From contig CAVPVX010000002.1 in assembly GCA_963709345.1 (NCBI GenBank), positions 192,001 through 256,000 on the forward strand: DNA of 64,000 nucleotides, written 5' to 3'. This DNA comes from an uncultured Actinomycetes bacterium. Its GTDB lineage: Bacteria; Actinomycetota; Thermoleophilia; UBA2241. Below are positions 19,092-28,231 of the stretch, one piece after another (position 1 is the first letter of the stretch; every line of letters begins with the position of its first letter). A program made the position numbers and the translations under genes. The notes beneath the pieces were generated by a model. That model saw nothing but the letters and a program-made list of their open reading frames with translations. It ran no database searches and was not told where the DNA came from.

Positions 19092-20783
19092 CTACCGCGT
19101 GAGCGCGACGGCGACGAGCTCCGTGAGGCGCTTGACCCCCGCGGGAACGTCGTCCCCCAGGCAGACGCGCAACGCGCGGCAGCCGTGCGCCCGCAGGGCG
19201 CCGAGGTCGCCGCGCGCCTGGGCGCGCTTGAGCACGCTGAAGCCGAACGGCTGGCCCGGGATGCTGACATCGTCCGGGTCGTGCCCCACGAGCTGGAGGA
19301 ACAAACCCCTGGTGGGGCCTCCCTTGTGGAACTGCCCCGTGGAATGCAGGTAGCGTGGACCGTAGCCGAGCGTGGTAGCGAGCCGCAGCCGCTCCCGGAG
19401 CTCGAGGCGAAGGGTCTGCAGGCAGCCCCAGGTCTCGTCGCCCGGGGCCACGTAGGCCTGCAGGGCGACGTACTCCCCCGGGCTCGCCTGCGCGAAGAAG
19501 CCGGCGAGCGCCGCAGGCAGCTCGCCGTCGGCAACCGGGAAGGCGAGCCGCCCGTCGCCCGCCGGCAGATCCTCGAGCAACTCGCCGGCGGCGATGTACC
19601 CGGCAAGCAGCCGCTTGGTGTTGTCCTTGCTCTCCTGCACGTTCGGCTGGTCGAAGGGATCGATGCCGAGCACGTGACCGGCGGTGGCGACGGCGATCTC
19701 CCAGCGCAGGAACTCGCCGCCCAGGTCGTAGACGTCGGCCAGTTCGTGCATGAGCACGGGGTGCCCGGCGGCCGCGAGGTCGAGCAGCCGTTGCGCAGCC
19801 GCCGCGGCGGCGACGCTCGCGAGGCCTACCGCGACGAACAGCCGGTCGTCCCCGTTCAGTTCCGGCTCGCCCAGCGCCTCCTGGTCGATCGGGAGAATGC
19901 CCGTCCCCTCCTTGCCGGTGCTCTCGGCGACGAGCTGCTCGACCCAGGCCCCGAGAGCGCGAAGCGGCGGCTCGAAGACGAGCGTGAGCTTGTCTCTGCC
20001 GGCCAGAGCAGCCTCGCCGAGGGCGGCGCCGAGAAACAGCGCCGGGTTCTCGGCCGCCGGCACATCGGGACCGCAGGCCACCGCCATCGCCCGCGCGCCG
20101 TCGAGGAGTCGCGTCAGGTCGACGCCGATCAGCGCCGCGGGGACCATACCGAAGAAGCTGAGCGCCGAGTACCGGCCGCCGATGTCGGCAGGGTTCATGA
20201 AGACGGCGCGAAAGCCCTGCTCCACGGCCTGTCGCTGCAGGGACGTGCCCTCGTCGGTGATCGCCACGAAGTGCCGCCCCGCGAGGTCGCCGCCCAGCTC
20301 CCGAAGGCGTTCGTAGAAGTAGGCGTGGAAGCACGCCGTCTCGGTCGTGCCGCCGGACTTGCTGGCGACGACGAAGAGCGTCGACTCGAGGTCCACGGCC
20401 GCCTCGACGGCGAGCACGGCGGCCGGGTCGGTCGAGTCGAGCACGTGCAGGTCGAGATAGCCGGCGCGCCGCCCCAGGACCGCGTGCAGCACCTCAGGTG
20501 CAAGGCTTGAGCCGCCCATGCCGAGCAGCACCGCGGAGCGGTACCCCTCGGCGAGCAGCTCGTCGACGAACTCGGTGAGCGCGTCGACCTCGCCGCGCAC
20601 GCCCTCGAAGACGCTCAGCCAGCCGAGGGCGTTCGCGATGACCGTCTGGTGCGACACGTCGTCGGCCTTCCACAGCGTGGGGTCGGCCTCCCAGAGGCGC
20701 TCCGCGACACGCTCGGCCGTCAGCTTCTCGAGCCGCCGGGAGACGGCCTCGCCGAGCCCCGCCGGAAGTGTGGAGCCGGCCAC
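19092..20783 (-). CDS. pgi: glucose-6-phosphate isomerase (Tal-Pgi type)
   Basis: GMGGSSL, SKSGGT.E, GGRYS, EQLVAESTGK, PFDQPNVQESK, LHSTGQFHKGG. Confidence 0.9.
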   Translation of the reverse strand: MAGSTLPAGLGEAVSRRLEKLTAERVAERLWEADPTLWKADDVSHQTVIANALGWLSVFEGVRGEVDALTEFVDELLAEGYRSAVLLGMGGSSLAPEVLHAVLGRRAGYLDLHVLDSTDPAAVLAVEAAVDLESTLFVVASKSGGTTETACFHAYFYERLRELGGDLAGRHFVAITDEGTSLQRQAVEQGFRAVFMNPADIGGRYSALSFFGMVPAALIGVDLTRLLDGARAMAVACGPDVPAAENPALFLGAALGEAALAGRDKLTLVFEPPLRALGAWVEQLVAESTGKEGTGILPIDQEALGEPELNGDDRLFVAVGLASVAAAAAAQRLLDLAAAGHPVLMHELADVYDLGGEFLRWEIAVATAGHVLGIDPFDQPNVQESKDNTKRLLAGYIAAGELLEDLPAGDGRLAFPVADGELPAALAGFFAQASPGEYVALQAYVAPGDETWGCLQTLRLELRERLRLATTLGYGPRYLHSTGQFHKGGPTRGLFLQLVGHDPDDVSIPGQPFGFSVLKRAQARGDLGALRAHGCRALRVCLGDDVPAGVKRLTELVAVALTR

Positions 20784-20784
20784 G

Positions 20785-21945
20785 TCAGCTCCCCTCTCCC
20801 TCGAGCAGCGCCCGGCGCTTCTCCTCGACGATGGCGACGTCGGCGTCGAACGCCGCGACGAAGAGGTCGACGCCTTCCCGCCGCAGCCGCGCGCCCACGT
20901 CCTCCATGTCGATGCCCAGGTGGCTCAGCTCGCGCAGCACGCGATGCGCCTCGTCCAGGTGACGATCGACGGTGGGCGCGACTGTCCCGTGGTCCTTGAA
21001 CGCCTTCCACGTGGCCTCGGGCAGCGTGTTCACGGTGTACTCGCCGATCAGCTCGTCCACGTACAGGGTGTCGGGGTACGACGGATCCTTGACGCCGGTG
21101 CTCGCCCACAGCACGCGCTGGATCTTGGCGCCCGACGCCGCGATCAGCTGCCATTCGCGGCCGTTGAGGTAGCTGCGAAAGCGCTCGTAGACGACCTTGG
21201 CGTTGGCGACGCCCGCTCGGCGCTTGAGCCCCTGGATGCGCCGCCGCTCCGCCACGTCGGCGGCGGCCTCCGCCCGCTCGTCGAGCAGCTTGTCGACGAG
21301 CACGTCCACACGCGAGACGAACAGGCTCGCGACAGACGACGTGGCGCGGATCGTGAGGTCGTGCGAGAGCCGATACTCAAGCGCCTCCAGATAGACGTCG
21401 GCGACGGCCTCGTACTGGGTCAGCGAGAAAAGCAGGGTGATGTTGATGTTCAGCCCGTCCTGCAGGCAACGGAGCACGGCGGGCACGCCTTCGCGCGTCC
21501 CGGGGATCTTGATCAGGACGTTGGGCCTGTCGACGGCGGCGAACAGGCGCTGCGCCTCGGCGACGGTCTTCGCCGTGTCGTACGCGAGATGGGGGGAGAC
21601 TTCGATGCTCACGAACCCATCCGCGCCCCCGCTCCCCAGATAGACCGGTGCCAACACGTCGCAGGCGGCGCGGACGTCGTCAATGGCGAGCCTGTCGAGG
21701 ATATCCGCGGCGTCCAGGCCCTGATGAGCCAGACTCAGGATCTCCTCGTCGTACGCGTTCCCGCCGCCGATGGCCCGCTCGAAGATCGCGGGGTTCGTGG
21801 TGACACCGCCAAGGCCGTCGCGCTCCACCATCTTCCGGAGCCCGCCGCGGGCGATGAGCGCCCGGCTGATGTAGTCGAACCAGGGGCTTTGACCCAGACG
21901 GTTCAGTTCGGCGAGCCGGCTCTCGGCAGGCGGCACGGCGATCAC
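20785..21945 (-). CDS. tal: transaldolase
   Basis: GQSPWFD, GVTTNPAIF, VSIEVSP, IKIPGT, NITLLFS, SLFVSRVD, LWASTGVK. Confidence 0.93.
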   Translation of the reverse strand: MIAVPPAESRLAELNRLGQSPWFDYISRALIARGGLRKMVERDGLGGVTTNPAIFERAIGGGNAYDEEILSLAHQGLDAADILDRLAIDDVRAACDVLAPVYLGSGGADGFVSIEVSPHLAYDTAKTVAEAQRLFAAVDRPNVLIKIPGTREGVPAVLRCLQDGLNINITLLFSLTQYEAVADVYLEALEYRLSHDLTIRATSSVASLFVSRVDVLVDKLLDERAEAAADVAERRRIQGLKRRAGVANAKVVYERFRSYLNGREWQLIAASGAKIQRVLWASTGVKDPSYPDTLYVDELIGEYTVNTLPEATWKAFKDHGTVAPTVDRHLDEAHRVLRELSHLGIDMEDVGARLRREGVDLFVAAFDADVAIVEEKRRALLEGEGS

Positions 21946-22194
21946 GCTCCTTTCGCCGGCGCGGTACCGGCGCCGGCGTCATCGTTGTCCTGAGCGTCAC
22001 GAGGGTCGCGCGGCGCCACGGGCGCGCGGCGCCGAACCTCGACACAGCATCGGACTAGTCAATTCCCATCGGGCCGGGTTTTCAAGGCCCGGAGGCGGAT
22101 GGGCCGGCGGGCGCGACCCTCCGGGGTCCGGCCCGCCCCTCCCGGGACTGTGGGTCGGGAGATCATCCGGCCCCGACCTCGCCCGCTCGCCGCC

Positions 22195-22554
22195 TCAGTA
22201 GTCACCGGCCTCCGGCACGATGCAGATGAAGGAGAGTGACTCATCGTCCGCGGCGCGGAACTGGTGCTCGTGGCCGGCCGGCACGTAAGCGTACGCGCCC
22301 GCCTCGAGCGGCTTGTCCTCGCCGTCGAGAAAGAGGACCCCACGTCCGGCGGCGACGAAGTTGATGTGCGGCCAGTCGTGGGTGTGCTTGGGCGTGTGCC
22401 CGCCTGGCTCGACGTCGAACAGCCGCATCACCCAGCCGTCCCAGCCCTCCTCGGGCGAGACCAGCACTCGCTTCACAACGCCCTCGATGCCCTCTCCGGC
22501 CATCGGCGTCGCCGTCACGTCGCCCTTCGTGCCCACCACCATGCGGTCGCTCAT
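22195..22554 (-). CDS. cupin 2 domain protein
   Basis: MR.F.V.PGG.TP.H.H.W.H, VP....HQF, FIC.VP. Confidence 0.8.
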   Translation of the reverse strand: MSDRMVVGTKGDVTATPMAGEGIEGVVKRVLVSPEEGWDGWVMRLFDVEPGGHTPKHTHDWPHINFVAAGRGVLFLDGEDKPLEAGAYAYVPAGHEHQFRAADDESLSFICIVPEAGDY

Positions 22555-22663
22555 GCGCGCTCCTCGTCGTCGTCGCCGCCGCCTCGTGCTCGCAGGGACT
22601 CTACCCGTTCCGGGACCGCCCGCAAGCGCGCCGGCCTCGCCGCGGCGCAGGCGCTCGCGCCGC

Positions 22664-23323
22664 TCACGGCGCCCCGGCCCGCCTCCCGGCGCCTTCGTCC
22701 CTGCTCGCCAGATACACCCTGGCGGGGAGGACGCGCGTCCGGCCGCGGTCCATCGGTACGCTGAAGGCGAGGTCTCGGGCCGCCGTGAAGCCGTTGTCTT
22801 CGAGCCACCCACGCACCTGCCCGGCGCTGTGGCGGTACATCGTCACCGGCCCGTCCTCTCCCGTGTGCTCGGCCCCCACGACGACCTCCGCTGCTTCATC
22901 CTCCCGCCGGTCACCGACCACGAAGACGAACCGGCCGCCCCCGCGAAGGATGCGGGCGGCCTCCGAGAACACCGGCGACAGGTCGCCGATGAAGTCGAGC
23001 ACCCCGACGCACACGATGTGGTCGAAGGTCCCCGTCCCGAACGGATACGGCGGGCTGGTCAGGTCGTGCCGCTCGAGATGCGTGAACTCCTTGGCGCGGC
23101 ACACGTCGAGCATCTCCTGCGCGGCGTCCATCCCTGCCGCTCTCAGCCCGGCCCTGCGGAAGAGGGCGGCCGCCCGTCCGGTGCCTATCCCCAGATCGAG
23201 GATCGATTCGTCCGGCCGGATGGAATCGAAGGCCAGGCCGAACGCGACCTCCGGACCGAAACAGCCGGTCGCCTACGCCTCCTCGTCGTAGGTGTCGGCG
23301 ACGGCGCGCTGCTGATCGTCCAT
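22664..23323 (-). pseudogene. class I SAM methyltransferase with in-frame TAG at codon 17
   Basis: GGAGGGAG RBS, ATG 23323; motif I ILDLGIGTG lies upstream of the ORF-track start; single TAG at 23273-23275. Confidence 0.7.
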
Positions 23324-23371
23324 CGTTCTCCCTCCGTCGCTGTCAGGCGAGGGAATCGTCGAGGCGCCGCT

Positions 23372-23700
23372 TCAGCGGGGTGCGGCGGCGCTCTCCCGGA
23401 CCCTGAACTCGACCATCCGCCGGATCAGATCCTCGGGCATCGGCCTGTCGAGATGGAACCGCACCGAGCCTTCTGCGCTCTTGTACGGTTTGAGTTCCTC
23501 CTGGAAGGCCGCGATCCCGCTCGGCCCGGGATAGAACCCGACGTGCCGATCGTGCCCGGCGAAGTGCACGAGGTGCCTGCCGATGATGGCAGCCGAGAAC
23601 TCCTCGCGAGCGGAACGCTCGAAGGCAGCATCGTAGCCGCCGAAGTAGTACGGCAGAACACTCCACCGAGCGTCCACTTCAGCCCCCCCGCACAGGGATA
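23372..23700 (-). pseudogene. DUF1801/YdhG-like C-terminal half behind an unrelated N-terminus (chimeric cassette)
   Basis: LVHFA...HVGFYPG..GI.AF.EELK.YK...GSVRF.LD.PMP.DLI. Confidence 0.55.
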
Positions 23701-23712
23701 GAGTCGGGCGCC

Positions 23713-23797
23713 CCCTAACGCCTCGCGCATGACCTGCGCGCTGAGAGCTCGGAGTATACCGCAAGGCTCGGGCGCCTCAGGTTGATGCGCTGTTTCG
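23713..23797 (-). repeat. attC-like site A (one end degenerate)
   Basis: Plus strand CCCTAAC...GCGCATGACCTG...CAGGTTGATGCGC-TGTTTCG, with an extra G in the right arm. Confidence 0.65.
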
Positions 23798-23854
23798 CTG
23801 AGCGACCGCCAATTCGGTCTGTCGTGAGACTCCCGCTGCATCCGGCAGGCAGAC

Positions 23855-24322
23855 CTAGATCCCACAGGCCAGCCCCTCCAGAGCTTGCCTCAGGGTGGCC
23901 GTCTGTTCTGCATCGGCGGCGCCCGTACCTCGCCAGACGATCGTCCCGTCGGGATCGAGCAGCATCAGGTGGATGGTCTCCCGCGACGGCAGTCCCAGCT
24001 GGCGCGCTAGTGACCCGAGGTCCGTGTATGCGGTCAGAGTGTGCCTACGGGCGTCCGGATCGCCGATACCGGCGCGCATACCGCCGTCGATGAACCCGCG
24101 TACGGGCAGGTACAGTCGCGACAGAGCCGGGACCTCCCAGACCGAGAGCTCGTGGCAGCGCGCCTCGAGCGCCTTGAGTTCCGGCTCCCACGTCTCGATG
24201 AGATCCTGGTGCCACCGTTGGAAGGCGAGCATGACGATGCGGGGCCCTGGCGGCAGATCCCCCGGGAGCCGGACTTCGCGGCCCTCAAGGTCGTGAGCGG
24301 TGATGGACGGAAACTGGGACAC
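23855..24322 (-). CDS. thioredoxin-fold / ATP10-like hypothetical cassette protein
   Basis: FP......L.G....LP.DL, AFQRW.Q..I.TW, FIDGGMR.GI. Confidence 0.6.
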   Translation of the reverse strand: MSQFPSITAHDLEGREVRLPGDLPPGPRIVMLAFQRWHQDLIETWEPELKALEARCHELSVWEVPALSRLYLPVRGFIDGGMRAGIGDPDARRHTLTAYTDLGSLARQLGLPSRETIHLMLLDPDGTIVWRGTGAADAEQTATLRQALEGLACGI

Positions 24323-24375
24323 CGGATCTCCTTCGCTAGCGCTGCATACCCAGTTCGAACAGTTCCGACTGTCTC

Positions 24376-24461
24376 ACCGAACGCACCGCGGAAAGCTGCG
24401 AGCGCCGCGGCCCCATCTTGCCGCGACGCATCGGCGAGCCAGCTTGATCCGCTTGTTCGCC
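24376..24461 (-). repeat. attC-like site B
   Basis: Minus strand: yoeB TGA immediately followed by GGCGAAC-AAGCGGATCAAGCTG...CAGCTTTCCGC...GTTCGGT. Confidence 0.75.
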
Positions 24462-24725
24462 TCACCCGTAATGGGTCCACATCCTGAGCACTTTGACGAT
24501 GCGCTCGTCGGCGAGCACCTGATACACGAGGCGGTGCTGGATGTTGATGCGGCGCGAGTAGGCGCCGCTGAGGTCGCCGACGAGCTTCTCGAACGGCGGC
24601 GGCGACTGGAACGGGTCGGCCTCGAGGACCACGAGCAGTTCCTGCGCCTTCGGCTTGAGGCCGGCCGCGGCGAGCTTCTTCGCGTCCTTGCGCGCCTGCT
24701 TCGTGAAGAGCAGCCGCCAGCTCAC
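24462..24725 (-). CDS. Txe/YoeB family toxin
   Basis: PF..PPPFEKLVGDL.G.YSRRINIQHRLVY.V....VKVLRMWTHY. Confidence 0.92.
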   Translation of the reverse strand: MSWRLLFTKQARKDAKKLAAAGLKPKAQELLVVLEADPFQSPPPFEKLVGDLSGAYSRRINIQHRLVYQVLADERIVKVLRMWTHYG

Positions 24726-24964
24726 CAGTCGATCTCGCCCTCGAGCTCATCGACGGGAACCGCCATGCCCTCCAGGATGGACTCGCGCATGCCGGGGATC
24801 GAGACGAGGTAGAGCGTCTCCTGCACGGCGCGCCAGTCGTCCTCCGAGACGAGCACGGCGTTGCTGCGCTTGCCGGTGATCTGCACCGGCTCGTGCGAAC
24901 GTGCGACGTCGTCGAGGAGCTGGTAGAGCTGCTTGCGCGCTTCAGTGGCGCTCATGGTCGTCAT
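24722..24964 (-). CDS. Phd/YefM family antitoxin
   Basis: ATEAR..LY.LLD.V..SHEPV.ITGKR.NAVL.SE.DW...QETLYL. Confidence 0.92.
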   Translation of the reverse strand: MTTMSATEARKQLYQLLDDVARSHEPVQITGKRSNAVLVSEDDWRAVQETLYLVSIPGMRESILEGMAVPVDELEGEIDW

Positions 24965-24980
24965 CGCGGACCTCCCGTTA

Positions 24981-25019
24981 CGTACGGGAAAGCGTACGGT
25001 AAAGGACGCTGGATGTCAA
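24981..25019 (-). promoter_or_regulatory. yefM-yoeB promoter with operator repeats
   Basis: TTGACA-17 nt-TACGCT overlapped by two CGTACG palindromes. Confidence 0.65.
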
Positions 25020-25033
25020 GTGCACAGGGTTGT

Positions 25034-25119
25034 GGCGAACGTGTTTGCGCTTCACTCGCGATCTTGCGCTCCCATTATGCGTCAACCATGCACGAGTCGA
25101 GTGGAAGCGCGGGTTGGGC
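25034..25119 (-). repeat. attC-like site C
   Basis: Minus strand GCCCAAC-CC-GCGCTTCCACTCG...CGAGTGAAGCGC...GTTCGCC; extra C in the L'' arm. Confidence 0.8.
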
Positions 25120-25168
25120 AGTGGGATCCGACAAACTCGAGTTGGCGCAGATGCAACAATTCGGAGTC

Positions 25169-25540
25169 CTAGACGTGCTGGTCAATCAGAATCGGGTTTC
25201 CGTCTGGATCCAGGATCATCAAGCTGGTAGGCCCTTCACTAGACTCGTCAGCCTCGCTTGCGAGTTCGAGCCCCCGTGCTCTCAGCTGTGACTGGATCTC
25301 ACGGACATCCGTGAACGAGTCGAGAGGTTTCGCGTCAGTGCTCCATCCCGGATTGAAGGTCAGGGTGTTGCGCTCGAACATGCCCTCGAACAGACCGATC
25401 ACCGTGCTTCCGTTCCTCATGATCAGCCACTTGTCTGCGGCATCGCCGCCGAAGGCGGTGAATCCTAGCTTCTCGTAGAACTCCCGAGAAGTGTCGATAT
25501 CGCTCACAGACAGACTGACGGAGAACGCACCGAGCTCCAT
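25169..25540 (-). CDS. VOC/glyoxalase family protein
   Basis: MELGAFSVSL.V.DI..S..FYEKLGF, IGLF.GMFE.N.LTFNPGW, DPDGNPILIDQH. Confidence 0.88.
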   Translation of the reverse strand: MELGAFSVSLSVSDIDTSREFYEKLGFTAFGGDAADKWLIMRNGSTVIGLFEGMFERNTLTFNPGWSTDAKPLDSFTDVREIQSQLRARGLELASEADESSEGPTSLMILDPDGNPILIDQHV

Positions 25541-25636
25541 GTGCTGCTCCTCTCGTTCCGACGACCGGCAGGGGCGCGACCTGGGGCATGATACTGCCCG
25601 CTCATGGTCTGCGTGTCTCAGAGAATCTTCCCATCT

Positions 25637-25722
25637 GCCCAACGCACCGCGGATAGGCTGCGAGCGCCGCGGCTTCGTCTTGCCGCGACGCTTTGGCGAG
25701 CCAGCTGATCCGCTTGTTGGAC
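25637..25722 (-). repeat. attC-like site D
   Basis: Minus strand GTCCAAC-AAGCGGATCAGCTG...GTTGGGC, fits RYYYAAC / GTTRRRY. Confidence 0.82.
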
Positions 25723-25735
25723 AGACCCACCACCC

Positions 25736-26039
25736 TCAGGCAGCGGTCCCTGACCACGGCTTGATGCGTGCGAGCTGATCGGTCAGCGCCTCCTCGGCGA
25801 CCTCGGTGTCGTGGGCCGCCTGGGCGCGCAGCCAGTAGCCGTTGGAGAGGCCGAAGAAGCGGCACAGGCGCAGGTCGGTATCGGCCGTGATCGCGCGCCG
25901 GCCGGCGACGATCTCACCGATGCGCTGCGCCGGCACGCCGATCTCCTTGGCGAGCCGGTACTGGGTGATGCCCATGGGCAGCGAGGAACTCCTCGAGCAG
26001 CAGCTCGCCGGGTGTCACGGGCTTGAGCTTCTCGTCCAT
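25736..26039 (-). pseudogene. higA: HigA antitoxin with an apparent +1 frameshift near codon 20
   Basis: MDEKLKPVTPGELLLEEFL then PMGITQYRLAKEIGVPAQRI in another frame; ATG-to-stop length is 304 nt. Confidence 0.75.
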
Positions 26040-26050
26040 CGCTCGCGCTC

Positions 26051-26329
26051 CTAGTGGTAGTCCACGATCTCGACGTCTTCGGCGCCGCCGGCGGTCCAGC
26101 GGAAGCAGACGCGGTACTGGTCGTTGATGCGGATGCTGTGCTGGCCGGCGCGGTCGCCTCTGAGCGCCTCGAGCCGGTTGCCCGGCGGCACCCGCAAGTC
26201 GTCCAGCCGCCCGGCGATCTCGAGCTGGCGCAGCTTGCGCCGCGCGACCGTCTCGATGCTCGCGAACCGCTTCACGCGCCGGCCGCCGGCCAGCTTCTCG
26301 GTGTCGCCGTCCTTGAACGAGACGATCAT
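26051..26329 (-). CDS. higB: HigB (RelE-like) toxin
   Basis: MI.SF....TE.L, DLRVPPGNRLEAL.GDR.GQHSIRINDQYRVCFRW, VEIVDYH. Confidence 0.92.
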   Translation of the reverse strand: MIVSFKDGDTEKLAGGRRVKRFASIETVARRKLRQLEIAGRLDDLRVPPGNRLEALRGDRAGQHSIRINDQYRVCFRWTAGGAEDVEIVDYH

Positions 26330-26334
26330 GCCGA

Positions 26335-26363
26335 ATAGTAACGTTACGCGTTAGTAACGTCAA
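26335..26363 (-). promoter_or_regulatory. higBA promoter, probably leaderless
   Basis: TTGACG-17 nt-TACTAT ending 5 nt before ATG; TAGTAACGT repeats as likely operator. Confidence 0.65.
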
Positions 26364-26401
26364 GCATGATTACCGGTGATCGACCGCCACGCCTTGGTTC
26401 T

Positions 26402-26491
26402 GTCCAACGCACGCACCGCGCATGAGCAGACGCGGACGACCTGCCGCCGTGCGGCAGGCCTGCTGGCGTTCTGCTCTTGCGCTTGTCAGAT
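26402..26491 (-). repeat. attC-like site E
   Basis: Plus strand GTCCAAC...GCGCATGAGCAGA...TCTGCTCTTGCGC-TTGTCAGAT, 5 nt from the toxin stop. Confidence 0.7.
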
Positions 26492-26496
26492 CCCAC

Positions 26497-26793
26497 CTAC
26501 GGTGCGATCTCGCCTTCGTCGAAGTCCCTTGCAGCGTGCCGAACAGCGGCGATCTCGGCCACATCGACGCTGCGACGATACATCACGCGGTAGGGCTCCA
26601 CGATGATCTCGCGAATCTCCTCACGCTGCAGCTCCGGCACGATGCGGCCCGAGTCCGGATAGTCGGCCAGGGACTTGACCCGCTCGAGCAGGCGCTCAAG
26701 CCAACGATGCGCGGCGGCGGGATCGTCGGCGGCGATGTAGGCCAGCGCGTCGTCGACCTGTCCATCGGCCAGCGGAGACCAAGTGAGCCTCAC
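26497..26793 (-). CDS. RelE/ParE family toxin
   Basis: W...A......YIA.D.P.AA, L..YP.SGR.VPE....IRE.I..PYRV.Y, I.AV.H.AR. Confidence 0.88.
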   Translation of the reverse strand: MRLTWSPLADGQVDDALAYIAADDPAAAHRWLERLLERVKSLADYPDSGRIVPELQREEIREIIVEPYRVMYRRSVDVAEIAAVRHAARDFDEGEIAP

Positions 26794-27074
26794 TTCAGGT
26801 GGCGCTCACGCAGGCGCCGCTCGACGGCCTCGTGGGGGATGCCCATGCCGGCGTCGAGTTGGGCCTCGGCAGTGCGGATGTCACGGATCACCGCGACCTC
26901 GTCGACCAAGGCCTCGTAGGCCTCGACGTCGAGCAGCACCGCTGCGCTGCGGCCGTGCTGGGTGAGGATCACGGGACGCTTGGTCTTGTGGACCTGCTCG
27001 AGTACGGCCGAGGTGTGGGAGCGGAATTCGGTCACGGCACGCACATCGACTGAGGGGCGCAATACTGCCATCAT
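26790..27074 (-). CDS. Phd/YefM family antitoxin
   Basis: DVR.VTEFR......L.QV..TKRPVILTQHGRSAAVLLDV..YE. Confidence 0.88.
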   Translation of the reverse strand: MMAVLRPSVDVRAVTEFRSHTSAVLEQVHKTKRPVILTQHGRSAAVLLDVEAYEALVDEVAVIRDIRTAEAQLDAGMGIPHEAVERRLRERHLK

Positions 27075-27141
27075 GGCCTCCGGTTAGGTACGCAATGACG
27101 TGCAGTATAGCGTATCGAACCCCTCGGCGCTACGGGGTTGG

Positions 27142-27228
27142 GTCCAACGTATCAGGCATAAGTCGCACCGCACGCGCTTCTCTTCCGCAGTCTACCTGCG
27201 GGGAGTCAGGTTGATGCCTTTGTTGGAC
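27142..27228 (-). repeat. attC-like site F
   Basis: Minus strand GTCCAAC-AAAGGCATCAACCTGAC...TTATGCCT...GTTGGAC, fully complementary end boxes. Confidence 0.82.
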
Positions 27229-27261
27229 GGACCCGACGAGCTGCGGATTCGTGCTCGCGCC

Positions 27262-27478
27262 CTAACCCGGCGCGATGTCGAGTGCAAGACATCCTCACGG
27301 ACGCCGCGTTTCGAGTAGAGCGCGATAGCAGGCTCGTCGCCGAGATCGGCCGGAACGAATACGACCCAGCGCCGCGCTCCGCTGCGATGTGCCGAAGCTG
27401 CTCGATCAGCGACGTCGCTATGCCGCGCCGCCGGTGTGACGCGATGTACGCCAGGTCGTCGATGTAGATCTCGCGCGC
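27262..27478 (-). pseudogene. AAC(3)-I-like GNAT acetyltransferase C-terminal remnant
   Basis: With two frameshifts reads REIYIDDLA..SHRRRGIATSLI..L..IAAERGA/VVFV.ADLGDEPAIALYSKRGVREDVLH/DI. Confidence 0.7.
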
Positions 27479-27778
27479 GGAGCGCGTGAAGAGGACCCTG
27501 CGGCTCACGGCCTGCCGAGCAGCTCGTCGGCCTCGGCGAGCACGTCGGCGAGCGCGTGACCCGTGCCGGCTCGATCTCGGCCTCGCCGCGGGCGAGCAGG
27601 CGCAGGATCTCAAGTTCATGCTGCGTGCGCTCGTAGGCCCTCGCGCTGACGACGACGGCGGCCGCGCGCCGCGCTGCGTGATGAAGACCGGCTGCTGCGA
27701 GTCGGATGCGCGCCTGATGATGCCCGAGGCGTCCTGACGCAAATCAGTGATGGGGACGATGTCTGGTACTGATGCCAT
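27479..27778 (-). pseudogene. frameshifted Phd/YefM antitoxin plus first ~11 codons of a ParE-like toxin
   Basis: PDIVPITDLRQDA...PVFITQRG, then LRLLARGEAEI in another frame; VSRRVLFTRSA joined to the GNAT remnant. Confidence 0.65.
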
Positions 27779-27846
27779 TTACGATACCTCCTCTGCTACT
27801 GGCAACGGTACCACCAACGCACCCTCGCGAACAGTGAGACGGCTGT

Positions 27847-27943
27847 GACTAACGCGATTGCGCATCAGCTGCGAGGCGCGGCGATCCGCTTCGGCCCGAG
27901 TCTTCCGCTCGAGCGCCGAGTCTGCTGGATGCGCTGGTCAGGC
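27847..27943 (-). repeat. attC-like site G
   Basis: Plus strand GACTAAC...GCGCATCAGC...GCTGGATGCGC-TGGTCAGGC. Confidence 0.72.
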
Positions 27944-28000
27944 GTGCGCCTATTGTGTGGTAGCATTCATGTGCTACTGCGATTCTAGGGAAGGAGAGCG

Positions 28001-28228
28001 ATGACTCGCGGACTGAAGCTCCGCCAGGCCGGCGGTTCGATCAGCGCCACGCTCCCGAAGGATATGGCCGAGCGCCTGCACCTCGAGGCTGGCGACACGG
28101 TGCTTGCCGTGGAGACCGAGCGCGGCATCCTGCTCACGCCCTACGACCCTGAGGTCGAGGAGACAATCGCCATCGCCGGCAAGGTGGCCAGGCGCTACCG
28201 CAACGCACTCCGCGAGCTGGCCAAGTAG
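28001..28228 (+). CDS. AbrB/MazE-family antitoxin (partner of Doc)
   Basis: KLRQ.GGS...TLPK.M..RL.L..GD.V, GILLTPYDP, RYRNALRELAK; AAGGAG RBS. Confidence 0.85.
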   Translation: MTRGLKLRQAGGSISATLPKDMAERLHLEAGDTVLAVETERGILLTPYDPEVEETIAIAGKVARRYRNALRELAK

Positions 28229-28231
28229 CCG

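Noticed and set aside
22074-22092. CCGGGT-TTTCAAG-GCCCGG hairpin resembling a tRNA-Sec (UCA) anticodon arm
   Set aside because: No D arm, T-loop (GTTC) or acceptor stem around it; more likely part of the tal promoter region.
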